Numbered from the stretch's first letter, positions 30,821-40,690 are shown. The stretch: 64,000 bases of DNA from an uncultured Phycisphaerales bacterium (GCA_963758525.1 CAVWVQ010000001.1:192001-256000); one strand, 5' to 3'. The notes: generated from the sequence alone by a model not told the origin. Translations and numbers: made by a program.

Positions 30821-31636
30821 ATGTTTCGTTACCTCAAAGCCGCTTTCCTCATTCGTCCGGTGGTTCCCGGACTGGGGGCGCTGCCGCTGAACGCTTTGCT
30901 GGTCGCGGCGATGATCATCCTGGGGTTTGGCCATCCCGCGTTCTGGCTCCTCGGTCTGGGGCTGGAGACGGCGTTTCTGGTGGCTCTTTCGACCAATGCG
31001 CGATTTCAGAAGGTGGTCGATGCGATGGCAATCGACATGGTCGAAGGGGACGCCGAGTCCAAACGGCGGGGGCTCATCCAGGAGCTTTTCGTTCCCGAGC
31101 AGCGGCGCATGGCCGACCTGGATGCCAAGTGCAAGCGGGCGGCCGATCTGGCGCGCGGGCAGGGCGTCGAAGACTACATCATCGACAGCAATAGGGACGC
31201 GCTGAACAAACTCGCCTGGTTGTATCTGAAACTCCTGCTGGCCCGGCAATCGCTCCGGTCGCAGGAGAGCGCGGCCAACGAACCGGAGTTGCGGCGGCAA
31301 ATCGCCCAGCTTCAGCGCGAGGCGGGCGATACGAAAGTCGGCGCGGCTCTGCGCGAATCGAAATCGGCGACATGCCAGATCCTGCAGAAACGGCTGGAGA
31401 ACTCGCAGCGCCGCGACCAGTCGTTGCAGGAAATTGAAAGTGATCTGACGCGGATCGAAGCGCAGGTGGACCTGGCGCTGGAGAACGCGGGCATGAGTGG
31501 GCAGCCGCAGGCAGTCTCGTCGAATATTTCGCTGGTGAGCCAGTTGCTGGAGCCCGACCTGTTTGGGCAGTCGCAATCCGCGGTCGCGGATCTGGATCAG
31601 GCGTTTGGAAAAGAGACCGCGCGGGAAGGCGCCTGA
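30821..31636 (+). CDS. Membrane protein with coiled-coil C-terminus
   Basis: Two N-terminal TM segments, helical remainder, operonic position. Confidence 0.7.
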   Translation: MFRYLKAAFLIRPVVPGLGALPLNALLVAAMIILGFGHPAFWLLGLGLETAFLVALSTNARFQKVVDAMAIDMVEGDAESKRRGLIQELFVPEQRRMADLDAKCKRAADLARGQGVEDYIIDSNRDALNKLAWLYLKLLLARQSLRSQESAANEPELRRQIAQLQREAGDTKVGAALRESKSATCQILQKRLENSQRRDQSLQEIESDLTRIEAQVDLALENAGMSGQPQAVSSNISLVSQLLEPDLFGQSQSAVADLDQAFGKETAREGA

Positions 31637-31642
31637 CCATCT

Positions 31643-33352
31643 ATGCCCCCGATTCCCCCGACATCCTCGCGACCCGCTCCCGCGCCGCTGGTGCTTGCAC
31701 CCGGCGCGAGTCTTCCCAAATGGGCGTCCGACCTCATCGCGCAATACGAAAGCGACGCGGCGAGTCAGTTCATCCTGTATGGAAACGTCGGCGATCGGAT
31801 GGTGCTGCCGGTAGGGGAGAGGCCGGAGCTTGGCTCGCTGCAGGATTTCCTGTTGCGGGGATTGCTGCCGCGGTTTGACGTGGTGCTGAGCTACGATCTG
31901 GGCAATGGAATTCGCGTCGAGAAAGGGGAGGAGATTTTCGCGCAATGGCCGCTGATTAAGGAAACGCCGCAGCTCCCCCGCGCCCCCCGGCAGGCGATCG
32001 AAGCCTTGACGCTCTTTTTTCGGTACATCGCGAACCTCGCCCGGCTCAAGCGCGGGCACTTTCACGTCGCCTGCATCATTCGCGGCGCGTCGCTGGTTGC
32101 TCCGGCTTTGCAGGGTGGATTGAACTACGATCTCAATGCGCTGGCGCTGCTGATCCGCGACTGGTCGACCGATACGCTGCTGGCCGGCCATTCTCTGGCG
32201 ACGTTCCTGGTGGCCGAGAACCTCAACGACCTGCATCCGCTGCTGGCAACCAACACCCGCGCGGCTCAGGTGAAGATTCCGCTGCCTCCGCCAAAAGAGC
32301 TGGCCGACGCCTTTGGCATCATGTCCGCAGCGTATGTCACCGCGCTGCAGGGATACGCGAATCGAACTCCGGAACTGGCGGCGCAGCTTGCTGGCGCGAG
32401 CACGGCTTCGATTGAGGCGATGTTGAAGACCGCCGAGTATCGCAAGCAGCCGCTGATCGATGACGATATTCTTCGATTGAAAAAACAGTTGGTTGAGCAG
32501 GACTGCAACGGTCTGATCGAGTTCATCGAATCGAAACGGACGCTCGACGACCTGCACGGCCAGGAGAAAGTGAAGGCGTGGCTTCGGCAGGATTTTGCCC
32601 TGTGGCGGAAGAATGATCTGCCCGCGATGCCAATGGGATACCTGCTGTGCGGCCCCGTCGGCACCGGGAAGACTTATACCGCAGAATGTCTGGCGGGCGA
32701 TGCCGGCGCGCCGGTCGTGAAGCTCAAGAACTTTCGCGACAAGTGGGTGGGCAGCACGGAAGGCAATCTCGAGAAAATCTTCCGGCTTCTGCACGCGCTG
32801 GGACGCTGCTTCGTCTTTATCGACGAAGCCGATCAGACGCTGGGCAAGCGCGACAGTCAGTCGGGGGACAGCGGCGTTTCCGGGCGGGTCTATTCGATGA
32901 TGGCCGAGGAAATGAGCAACACCGCCAATCGCGGCAAAATCATCTGGGTGCTGGCCTCCAGCCGGCCTGATCTGATCGAGGTCGATTTGAAACGGCCGGG
33001 AAGAATCGACGTGAAGATTCCGCTGTTTCCCACGTCGACCGCCGGCGAGGGCCTCGCATTGATCCGCGCCTTGTGCAAGCGCAAGGGGCTCCAGATCGAG
33101 ACGGACGATGTTGCCGGGATCGAGCCGATGGTCCCGTCATTGCTGACCCCCGGAGCCGCGGAGACGCTGGCAACGAAAGTGTATCGGCTGTCGCGAACGC
33201 AATCGCTGACGGCGGCCCAGGCGATCAAGGCATGCCTGACGGATTACCGCAATCCGGTTCCGAAGGAAGTCATGGATTTTCAGATTGCCCTGGCCGTCCG
33301 AGAAGCCAGCGATGCGGAGTTCATCCCGCCCGCGTTTCGCGGTGTATTGTGA
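31643..33352 (+). CDS. Classical AAA+ ATPase
   Basis: GPVGTGKT, pore loop KWVGSTE, FIDEAD, SRH SSRPDLIEVDLKRPGRID. Confidence 0.88.
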   Translation: MPPIPPTSSRPAPAPLVLAPGASLPKWASDLIAQYESDAASQFILYGNVGDRMVLPVGERPELGSLQDFLLRGLLPRFDVVLSYDLGNGIRVEKGEEIFAQWPLIKETPQLPRAPRQAIEALTLFFRYIANLARLKRGHFHVACIIRGASLVAPALQGGLNYDLNALALLIRDWSTDTLLAGHSLATFLVAENLNDLHPLLATNTRAAQVKIPLPPPKELADAFGIMSAAYVTALQGYANRTPELAAQLAGASTASIEAMLKTAEYRKQPLIDDDILRLKKQLVEQDCNGLIEFIESKRTLDDLHGQEKVKAWLRQDFALWRKNDLPAMPMGYLLCGPVGTGKTYTAECLAGDAGAPVVKLKNFRDKWVGSTEGNLEKIFRLLHALGRCFVFIDEADQTLGKRDSQSGDSGVSGRVYSMMAEEMSNTANRGKIIWVLASSRPDLIEVDLKRPGRIDVKIPLFPTSTAGEGLALIRALCKRKGLQIETDDVAGIEPMVPSLLTPGAAETLATKVYRLSRTQSLTAAQAIKACLTDYRNPVPKEVMDFQIALAVREASDAEFIPPAFRGVL

Positions 33353-33567
33353 GCATGGCGCCTACAACAGGGCGCGGCCCGCGCTTGTGAGCGTTGCTGC
33401 GCACGCATTGAGAATGCCCTCTCGGTAAACCGCGAGCAAGCTCCTCTTCGTCCTCACTCCACTCCTCGTCCTCACCCTTCGTGCCTCCGTGCCTACGTGC
33501 CTTCCCCAATGTTTGTTATTCAGGTCGCAGGGTTCTAAAATAATGACCGAACCTCCGGGGTGCCCGC

Positions 33568-34062
33568 ATGGATCGCAATGTTCATTACGAAGCCGCGTTC
33601 GAGGCGTTTTTGCGCGATCGGGGGATCCCTTGCGTGGCGGTGGATGAAGCCAAGAAGGCGCTGTTTGCCAATGCGCGGCTGAAGTCGTTCGACTTTGTCG
33701 TCTACAGCAAAAGCGGGCCGAACTTGCTGATCGACGTCAAGGGCCGGCAGCTTCGCAATCGATCGGCCATCAAGGGTTTCGAAACCTGGTCGACGGAGCA
33801 GGACGTGACGGACCTGATGCAATGGCAGCAGGTGTTCGGGGAGGGATATCGGGCGCTGCTCACGTTTGTCTACTGGATCGATCCGCCGTTGAACCCCGAG
33901 CCGGGGATGTATGCGTACCGCGGGCGGTGGTATCTGCTGCTGGGGATCGACCTGGAAGAATATCGAAAGCACATGCGGCGGCGGTCTGCCAAGTGGGAGA
34001 CGGTTTCTCTGCCGGCGCAGGAGTTCCGTTCTCTTGCCCGGCCGATTGAGAACTGGTTATGA
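33568..34062 (+). CDS. HYExAFE family protein (PD-(D/E)XK-like)
   Basis: HYEAAFE, KSFDFVV, LIDVKGR. Confidence 0.8.
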   Translation: MDRNVHYEAAFEAFLRDRGIPCVAVDEAKKALFANARLKSFDFVVYSKSGPNLLIDVKGRQLRNRSAIKGFETWSTEQDVTDLMQWQQVFGEGYRALLTFVYWIDPPLNPEPGMYAYRGRWYLLLGIDLEEYRKHMRRRSAKWETVSLPAQEFRSLARPIENWL

Positions 34063-34313
34063 TGATGGGCATGAAGTTTCGGCGGTTGCTGATTTGTCTG
34101 TGGCTTGCCTGGCTGGCAATTCCAACTGCCGTGGTGCGGGCCGACGACGACGAATTGCCGGATTTTGACGCACGCACGCAGGGATATCCCGCCGGCTTCA
34201 CAACACACCTGACAAGCAGCAGCACGCTGGGCGCGTGGTTTTTGTTTGTGGTGGTGGGCTCCGTAACGCTCTCGGTAATGTTGAAGAACTCAAACCGTTC
34301 ACACCTGGACTGA
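34059..34313 (+). CDS. Small membrane protein
   Basis: Signal peptide plus C-terminal TM. Confidence 0.55.
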   Translation: MMMGMKFRRLLICLWLAWLAIPTAVVRADDDELPDFDARTQGYPAGFTTHLTSSSTLGAWFLFVVVGSVTLSVMLKNSNRSHLD

Positions 34314-34374
34314 CGACGCGCGGCGCCTGTCCGATCCGGGCGAACCGATCCCCTTTTTTCCGCTGGAGGACGAT

Positions 34375-34671
34375 ATGAAATCCAAGACTGTCGTGGCGCT
34401 GGTCGCCCTGAACTGTCTTCTGCTGGCTGCGCTGCTGATGCAGTGGTGGAAGCCGACGCCCGCATATGGTCAGGCGGCGGGGCGTGCATCGGACTACATC
34501 ATGATTCCCGGAAAAGTGGTCGGCGGAAATTCGTCGCTGGTCTACATGATCGACACGCAGAACGGTCTGCTCAGCGCCCGCACCTACGACGGGACGCAGA
34601 TCCAGGACAAGCGGCCGGCCATCGATCTGGATCGCGTGCTGGGCCGCAACGCAGGCGCCCCACGGCGTTAA
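34375..34671 (+). CDS. Small secreted hypothetical protein
   Basis: ggagg RBS and signal peptide. Confidence 0.6.
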   Translation: MKSKTVVALVALNCLLLAALLMQWWKPTPAYGQAAGRASDYIMIPGKVVGGNSSLVYMIDTQNGLLSARTYDGTQIQDKRPAIDLDRVLGRNAGAPRR

Positions 34672-34709
34672 GCTGAATCTGACCAGGCGACCCGACGGGA
34701 GAAATCGTC

Positions 34710-35020
34710 ATGCAAGGAACTGTCATGCTCGACCGCAAAACATTCATCATCGGAATTCTGTCGCTCTCCGCAGTGCTGCTGCTTGCCGCCAACATCGTCA
34801 TGCCGCGCGCGCCATGGCCGATCAACTGGTGAAGGATCGTGACTACCAGGCCGTCACCGCGGGGATCAGCGTGCCGGGCGGAGATGCGCTGTACATCACC
34901 GACACGCACAGCGGGATGATGGCCATTTACATCTACGATCCCAACATCAAGGACCTCAAGCTCGTGGGCGTCAAGCCCGTGATGGAAGCGTTTCCGAATG
35001 CCGGGCGTCGGGGCGGATGA
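34710..35020 (+). CDS. Small secreted hypothetical protein (frameshift near 34810)
   Basis: Signal-like RKTFIIGILSLSAVLLLAAN joins the 34814-35020 frame; architecture similar to the previous gene. Confidence 0.5.
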
Positions 35021-35110
35021 ACTGAGAGTCCGTTTCACCCCCTCCCGAGTCTGAGGTACTCCGAAGGCTCGGATCCCGCGCGGGCTGGATTGACCGGAGG
35101 TTTTTGAGAA

Positions 35111-36139
35111 ATGCGCCACGATTGGACGCTGGACGAAATTCGCGAGTTGTTCTCCGCGCCGCTGCTGGATCTGGTGTTCAGAGCAGCCTGCGTGCATCGC
35201 GCGCACCACGAAGCGTCGGAGGTGCAGGTCTGCAAGCTGATCTCGATCAAGACCGGCGCGTGTCCCGAGGATTGCAGCTACTGCTCGCAATCTTCCCGCT
35301 ACCAGACCGAAGTGGAGCCCTCGCCTTTGATGCAGCGGGAGCAAGTCATGGAGATCGCGCGACGCGCGCAGTCTGCCGGCGTCACGCGCGTCTGCCTGGG
35401 CGCGGCATGGCGCGAAGTCCGCGACGGGCGGCAGTTTGATCGCGTTCTGGAAATCGTGAACGACGTCGCGTCGCTGGGCCTGGAAGTCTGCTGCACGCTC
35501 GGCATGCTCAATGAGCAACAGGCGGTCCGTCTCGAACAGGCCGGCCTGTATGCTTACAATCACAATCTCGACACATCGGAAAACTACTACTCGACGATCA
35601 TCACAACGCGAAAATATGCCGACCGGCTGGCGACGCTTGCCAACGTGCGCAAGACCAGCGTGACGCTCTGCACCGGCGGAATCATCGGCCTGGGCGAGAG
35701 CGAAGCAGACCGCATGTCGCTTCTGCACACGCTTGCCAACATGCATCCACATCCGGAGTCGGTGCCGATCAATGTGCTGGCAAAGGTGCCTGGCACGCCG
35801 CTGGAGAACCAACCTGACGTCCCCATCGAGCAGACCGTGCGGATGATCGCCGCCGCTCGGATTCTGATGCCGGGCTCCGTGGTGCGGCTGTCGGCCGGCA
35901 GGGCGTCCATGTCCGGCAGCGATCAGGCGCTCTGCTTTCTGGCCGGCGCCAACTCGATCTTCTCCAGCGACGATCGCCGGATGCTCACGCAGGCCGTCGA
36001 GTCGCCCGATTACGACGCCGACCGGCAACTCCTGGAGACGCTCGGCCTCAAACCGCGCCCGCCGCGAAAAACGGTGGCGGGGGGGATCGGGAACACTGAA
36101 ACGATCCACGGCGTTTCCCTCGAATCTCCCCGGGCGTGA
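35111..36139 (+). CDS. bioB: Biotin synthase
   Basis: [41 protein letters not shown]. Confidence 0.96.
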   Translation: MRHDWTLDEIRELFSAPLLDLVFRAACVHRAHHEASEVQVCKLISIKTGACPEDCSYCSQSSRYQTEVEPSPLMQREQVMEIARRAQSAGVTRVCLGAAWREVRDGRQFDRVLEIVNDVASLGLEVCCTLGMLNEQQAVRLEQAGLYAYNHNLDTSENYYSTIITTRKYADRLATLANVRKTSVTLCTGGIIGLGESEADRMSLLHTLANMHPHPESVPINVLAKVPGTPLENQPDVPIEQTVRMIAAARILMPGSVVRLSAGRASMSGSDQALCFLAGANSIFSSDDRRMLTQAVESPDYDADRQLLETLGLKPRPPRKTVAGGIGNTETIHGVSLESPRA

Positions 36140-37344
36140 TGACGGTGGCGTCCAGCGCGGAAAAGCTCGCCAGCGATCGCCCGGCCGACATTCCGACTTC
36201 GCCGCTTGATCCTTCCACGCCGGTCATCACTTCGGCGGGGCTCGTCACCGCACTGGGCCAGACCTCGGCCCAAACGTGGGCCGCACTGCTGGAAGGGCGA
36301 TTCATCTCCGATCACGCGCGCGTTCCCATCCCATCGTCCCAAGACGAACCGCGCGTTGTCTCTCTCGCCAGAGCCGCGGTCCGCGAAGCAAATAACAAAC
36401 AACAGACGCACAGCCCTCACGCGCCCGATCGCAGTGCGCTGGTCGTCGGCACCAGCAAAGGCCCAATTGAGCAGTGGCTCAAATCCCCTCGTCATATGGC
36501 GCAATCGCCATATGATGGCGAGGGCCTCGCGCCAACCGGCCTCGGTCAGATCGCCGAGCGGCTCGGCAGTGACTTGCTCCTTCGCGGCCCCCGCCTCACG
36601 GTCTCCGCCGCCTGTGCCAGCGGTCTGCTGGCACTGATCCGCGCCGCGATGCTCATCAAAAACGACCAAGCCGATCGCGTTCTCGTCGTTGCCGCCGAGG
36701 CGTCGGTTCACCCGCTCTTCATCGGCAGCTTTCAACGATTGGGCGTCCTCCCCAAGACAGGCGGCGGGTGCCGGCCTTTCGATCAGCATCGCGAAGGATT
36801 TCTGATGAGCGAAGCCGCCGCCGCGGTCTGGCTGCACCGCGCGGATTGCGTCTCCGCTCAGACGGATGGAGACGACGCTCCCATCCGTGTCGCGGTCGAT
36901 CGTTTCTCCTTCGGCGCCGACGCCGCGCATCTCACCGGGATGGATCCCAACGGCAGGGTGCTCCGACGTGTCATCACGGATGCCGTCGGCGGTCGCCCGC
37001 TCGATCTGATCCATGCCCACGGAACCGGCACAACCCTGAACGATCCCGTCGAACTGGCCGCGATCAACGAGGCCGTGGCGACCCACGCGACCGTTCCGGA
37101 AATCTACTCGCACAAAGGCGCGCTCGGCCACAGCCTCGGCGCCTCCGGCCTGGCGTCACTTGCAATCAACTATCTGATTCATTCGCAGGGAACCGTTCCG
37201 CCGAACGTGAAGACCACTTCGCCGATCCCCACAGGCCGATTGCGGATTCATCCTCACCTCGTCCAACGCCCCGTCCGGCGAAGCCTCGCAGTCGCCGCCG
37301 GTTTCGGCGGGACGATCGCGGCGGTTGCGCTGCAAACAATATGA
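36136..37344 (+). CDS. FabF/FabB-like beta-ketoacyl synthase
   Basis: [33 protein letters not shown]. Confidence 0.85.
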   Translation: MMTVASSAEKLASDRPADIPTSPLDPSTPVITSAGLVTALGQTSAQTWAALLEGRFISDHARVPIPSSQDEPRVVSLARAAVREANNKQQTHSPHAPDRSALVVGTSKGPIEQWLKSPRHMAQSPYDGEGLAPTGLGQIAERLGSDLLLRGPRLTVSAACASGLLALIRAAMLIKNDQADRVLVVAAEASVHPLFIGSFQRLGVLPKTGGGCRPFDQHREGFLMSEAAAAVWLHRADCVSAQTDGDDAPIRVAVDRFSFGADAAHLTGMDPNGRVLRRVITDAVGGRPLDLIHAHGTGTTLNDPVELAAINEAVATHATVPEIYSHKGALGHSLGASGLASLAINYLIHSQGTVPPNVKTTSPIPTGRLRIHPHLVQRPVRRSLAVAAGFGGTIAAVALQTI

Positions 37345-37387
37345 AAGTCTGAACCGCATCCGTAATGAGCCACGGATTGCCGGGAGA

Positions 37388-37726
37388 TCACCCGGCTCTG
37401 CGCTGGTTCATGACTAGTCGCAACCCTTCCGCCACCATTTGGGACCGCTTGAGTTTGTGCCGTTTCGCGAACGAGTCCGCCTCCTTGAGGAGGGTGCGTT
37501 CGATGCTGACGGACATCACCTTCGCGCCGGCGCCGACGGTGGGGCGTCCGCGCACCTTCCGCTGGAAGCGCTTCCATATCTTGCGTTCCGCGGCATTGAG
37601 GGGACGGGACTCCGAAAGCGGAACTTCTCCGCGCTCAAATATCGCCAGCTCCGCAGCTTTCTCGGCCGGGGAAAGTGCCAGGAATTTTTCCACCGCATCC
37701 GGCTCGCGCCGCTTTGCCTTTTTCAT
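37388..37726 (-). CDS. Putative antitoxin with C-terminal RHH-like domain
   Basis: RGRPTVGAG...VSIERTLLKEADSFAKRHKLKRSQMVAEGL; lies downstream of a BrnT-like gene. Confidence 0.6.
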   Translation of the reverse strand: MKKAKRREPDAVEKFLALSPAEKAAELAIFERGEVPLSESRPLNAAERKIWKRFQRKVRGRPTVGAGAKVMSVSIERTLLKEADSFAKRHKLKRSQMVAEGLRLVMNQRRAG

Positions 37727-37749
37727 AAGAACGCCTTTCTTCGTTTGCA

Positions 37750-37998
37750 TCATCGCCGCCGCCGGCCGGTCATTGGCATCGCGTGAATGATGTAGTACAC
37801 CCCGTCGCGATCGATCACGTATGCCACCTGGACCCATCGATCGCCGACGCCACGGCCGATGACTTGCCATTTGTCATCCCTGACGCGCCGGGGATACGGG
37901 CGCGCGCCGCCCGCACGACGCGCTCCGCCTCCCAGACCGAACGCCGTGCCTGGCCGCATGTTCAAATTCCAGTCGTTCCAGCGGAATTCCGCTTTCAT
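37750..37998 (-). CDS. BrnT-like toxin (possibly with internal indels)
   Basis: EFRWNDWN...VIGRG...VAY...YYIIHAMPMT. Confidence 0.6.
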   Translation of the reverse strand: MKAEFRWNDWNLNMRPGTAFGLGGGARRAGGARPYPRRVRDDKWQVIGRGVGDRWVQVAYVIDRDGVYYIIHAMPMTGRRRR

Positions 37999-38095
37999 CT
38001 GATTTAATTATGGAGTTAATCCGCGTCGATGCAAACTTATTCCGACGGAAACTATTATTCTTGCGTCCACTCCGATTTTCGCATATATAATAATC

Positions 38096-38359
38096 GTGCG
38101 GCAAGCGGATGACTTCCGGTGGAACGATGCGAACTTGGAGCATGCGACGAAGCACGGCTGCACGATCGCTGAGATCGAGCATCTGCTGCTGAATATTCCG
38201 CACGGATTTCCGCGCAGGATTGATCGCCACAAACGGCTGGTCATAGGACGCGGGCAGGGCGGACGACTCATCAGGGTGATCTACCTGCTCGATCCGCCGC
38301 CCGATGCTGCTTACTACGTCCTCCACGCCATGCCGCTGACATCGCGGCGCAGGCGGTGA
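38096..38359 (+). CDS. BrnT-like toxin
   Basis: FRWNDANLEHATKHG...VIGRGQGGRLIRVIY...YVLHAMPLT. Confidence 0.7.
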   Translation: MRQADDFRWNDANLEHATKHGCTIAEIEHLLLNIPHGFPRRIDRHKRLVIGRGQGGRLIRVIYLLDPPPDAAYYVLHAMPLTSRRRR

Positions 38360-38394
38360 GGATCAACACCCGGCAATGCCGGGGGAAAGGCCAC

Positions 38395-38742
38395 ATGGCT
38401 CGCAAAACTGAAAAGGAACCAGCGACAGGCCGTGACTTCGAAGCCCTGCCGCGCGCCCAACGGGAGCGGATCATGGCGGAGCTTGACGCGGCCTCGACAG
38501 AGGAGCTGCTGGCCCGCTCCAAGCCGCTCACTCGCTCGCAAGCCGCCGCCGAGCGACGTCTGTGCGATGCGGTGAACGATCGCCGGGGACGCGGACGCCC
38601 AAAAGTCGGCAAGGGATCAAAACTTGTGGCTGTCACGCTTGAACAAGGTCTGCTGGAGGAAGTCGACCGTTTCGCCAAGCGGAAGAAGATGAAGCGTTCA
38701 GAGATGATTGCCAGCGGACTGAGACTCCTGATGGCTTCATAG
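38395..38742 (+). CDS. Putative antitoxin with RHH-like domain
   Basis: Paralog of 37388-37726 (RGRPKVGKG...FAKRKKMKRSEMIASGL). Confidence 0.65.
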   Translation: MARKTEKEPATGRDFEALPRAQRERIMAELDAASTEELLARSKPLTRSQAAAERRLCDAVNDRRGRGRPKVGKGSKLVAVTLEQGLLEEVDRFAKRKKMKRSEMIASGLRLLMAS

Positions 38743-38854
38743 AGCGTTCGCGGATCTTTGAAACCACACTTTTTAGGCAAGCGGCCGCTGCATAACCAGC
38801 CAATGCTGTGGACGACCCGCGTTGAGACAACGCAAAGTATACCAGTACCTTGCA

Positions 38855-38882
38855 ACTTAACATAACATGGATTATCGGACGT
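38855..38882 (-). other. dif site (XerC/XerD), left prophage junction
   Basis: Minus strand ACGTCCGATAA-TCCATG-TTATGTTAAGT has the 11-6-11 layout; E. coli dif is GGTGCGCATAA-TGTATA-TTATGTTAAAT. Confidence 0.88.
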
Positions 38883-39203
38883 GCAGAAGGGCGGCCAGAG
38901 AGGCCTATAACCGGCGGACACCGTTGATAGGTGCCCGCCAGCTAGAAGCCCACGGACTCCGGCCTGATGATAAGAGCCGGGCCGTGGAGAGCCCAAGTGT
39001 ACGTCCGAATATGCCCCGAGGCAAGAAATCATCATATCACCATTGACTGACTGCTAGCGGCTTCTAACCCGCTGCGCCAGATACCACCGGTGGGCTTCTA
39101 CTCCACCAACGATACCACCTATTGAACCAAACCCCGGCCCGACGTCAAGTGCCCTGCCCAGCAAAAATTAATCTTTTTTCGTCCCCAGCGCCGATTTGAG
39201 AGC

Positions 39204-39371
39204 GTGCCCGCCACAAAACCATTCAACCTCGACGACGCCTACAAACTCCAAAACATCTGGCGCGGCATGCGCGTCCTATGGCTCCCAATCACATTCGCTT
39301 TTTTCGTCGGCATGGGGATAACCATCCTCAAGGCACTTTTCACGCGACGCCCTCCAAGACGCCGACGATAA
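39204..39371 (+). CDS. 55-aa single-TM peptide with basic tail
   Basis: Own translation: MPATKPFNLDDAYKLQNIWRGMRVLWLPITFAFFVGMGITILKALFTRRPPRRRR. Confidence 0.45.
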   Translation: MPATKPFNLDDAYKLQNIWRGMRVLWLPITFAFFVGMGITILKALFTRRPPRRRR

Positions 39372-39444
39372 TTCTCGGATTACAACCCACCACCCCTTGA
39401 CAGCGATGCAATCGACCTGTAACGCGCCGCAGGCCTGCAGGCAG

Positions 39445-40443
39445 TCACCACAATTTTGCCCCCTTGCTGGCCAGCACCAACCGCCACGCCCGCAACCCCA
39501 CCAGAAACCCCAACCCCAACGCGCTCGACTCCCCATACAAATGCAGCGCGCCCTCCAACCCCGCCAGCTGCGACGACCACGGCGACAACTCCACCGCAGC
39601 GCGCGAGAGGCGCGGAGCCACTCCTCCCCCGGCCGAACCCCACGGCGCGATCGGCCAAGACGCCACGTCGTCCGCCACCACCGCCCCGCCCACGAACCGG
39701 TTATCGGACGCTCGACCACCCGCCGAATACATCCCGTTCAGGATGTTGGTTCCCCAACCCTCGCAATCATTTCCGGTTATCAAAACATTGCTCTCGCCCA
39801 TGATTTCAATAGCGGTCTTGGCCCACAACGACACGCCCGCATCCGGCCCGGTCTGCAATAACACATTATTGCTTATCGTAATGTTGCTGCCGAACCCCAC
39901 CCACTCGGACCCGTCCCAATATCCGCCCGTCGCGCACGAAATCCCGATGTGCGAATCAACCCCGGCCCCGTCAACATGCGGCAACCAAGAGGACATCGAA
40001 TTACCGTCGACCAAAAGATGCGTCATACCCTTTTGTAGCTCAATCCCGATCCGCGTCGCATGCGTGATCACGTTCCCTTGCACCGTCAGCCCGTCACAAG
40101 CGGCCGACAGATGCACCGGCTCGTAAACCGCATCAAACGTGTTGCCCACGATCCGGCCACCGTCCCCCGGGTAGCCATAAATACCGCTACCACTCACCCC
40201 CGAAAACGTGCAACCAACGATCGACCAGTCACGCGCCCCCGCCCCTATAAAGATTGCGTCCCCATCAATGCCACTGAAGCTCGACCCCTCCACCACCACC
40301 CCGACCGCCCCATCCGCAATCACGACCTGCACACCTGGTCCGGTCACACCCCGCAACGAATCGCCCGACCCCAGCCGCACAACCGACCCACACGCACCCG
40401 AGGCCCACAACAGCAGAAACACGCAACACCGCCGCTGAGTCAC
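39445..40443 (-). CDS. Secreted right-handed beta-helix protein with C-terminal minor-coat-like module
   Basis: Signal-like N-terminus; repeats such as IVGNTF, TVQGNVI, VDGNSM, NITISNN, ITGND; tail similar to 47560-47697. Confidence 0.7.
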   Translation of the reverse strand: MTQRRCCVFLLLWASGACGSVVRLGSGDSLRGVTGPGVQVVIADGAVGVVVEGSSFSGIDGDAIFIGAGARDWSIVGCTFSGVSGSGIYGYPGDGGRIVGNTFDAVYEPVHLSAACDGLTVQGNVITHATRIGIELQKGMTHLLVDGNSMSSWLPHVDGAGVDSHIGISCATGGYWDGSEWVGFGSNITISNNVLLQTGPDAGVSLWAKTAIEIMGESNVLITGNDCEGWGTNILNGMYSAGGRASDNRFVGGAVVADDVASWPIAPWGSAGGGVAPRLSRAAVELSPWSSQLAGLEGALHLYGESSALGLGFLVGLRAWRLVLASKGAKLW

Positions 40444-40504
40444 ACCCAGGTCAGTCACCCCAATTCCAAGCAATCCACGCATTTCTCGTCGCACTCTTTT
40501 CCCT

Positions 40505-40690
40505 CCCTGACACGGCGACCCCCCAATGACCCCATCAAACCGTCCAGCAGCTGCATGAAAGCGCCGCACGTCCCCGCCCCACAGAAGATCGGGCCCACGA
40601 ACGACCGCGAACCCCGCCGCCTCAAACCCCCGATCCATCAGGCCAATGCCCGGAAACAACGAAAGCACGACGCCGGCACACTCACACATC
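40505..40690 (-). pseudogene. N-terminal fragment of a C5 cytosine DNA methyltransferase
   Basis: Motif I VLSLFPGIG...GFEAAGF and motif IV GGSPCQ; no ENV or later motifs. Confidence 0.7.
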
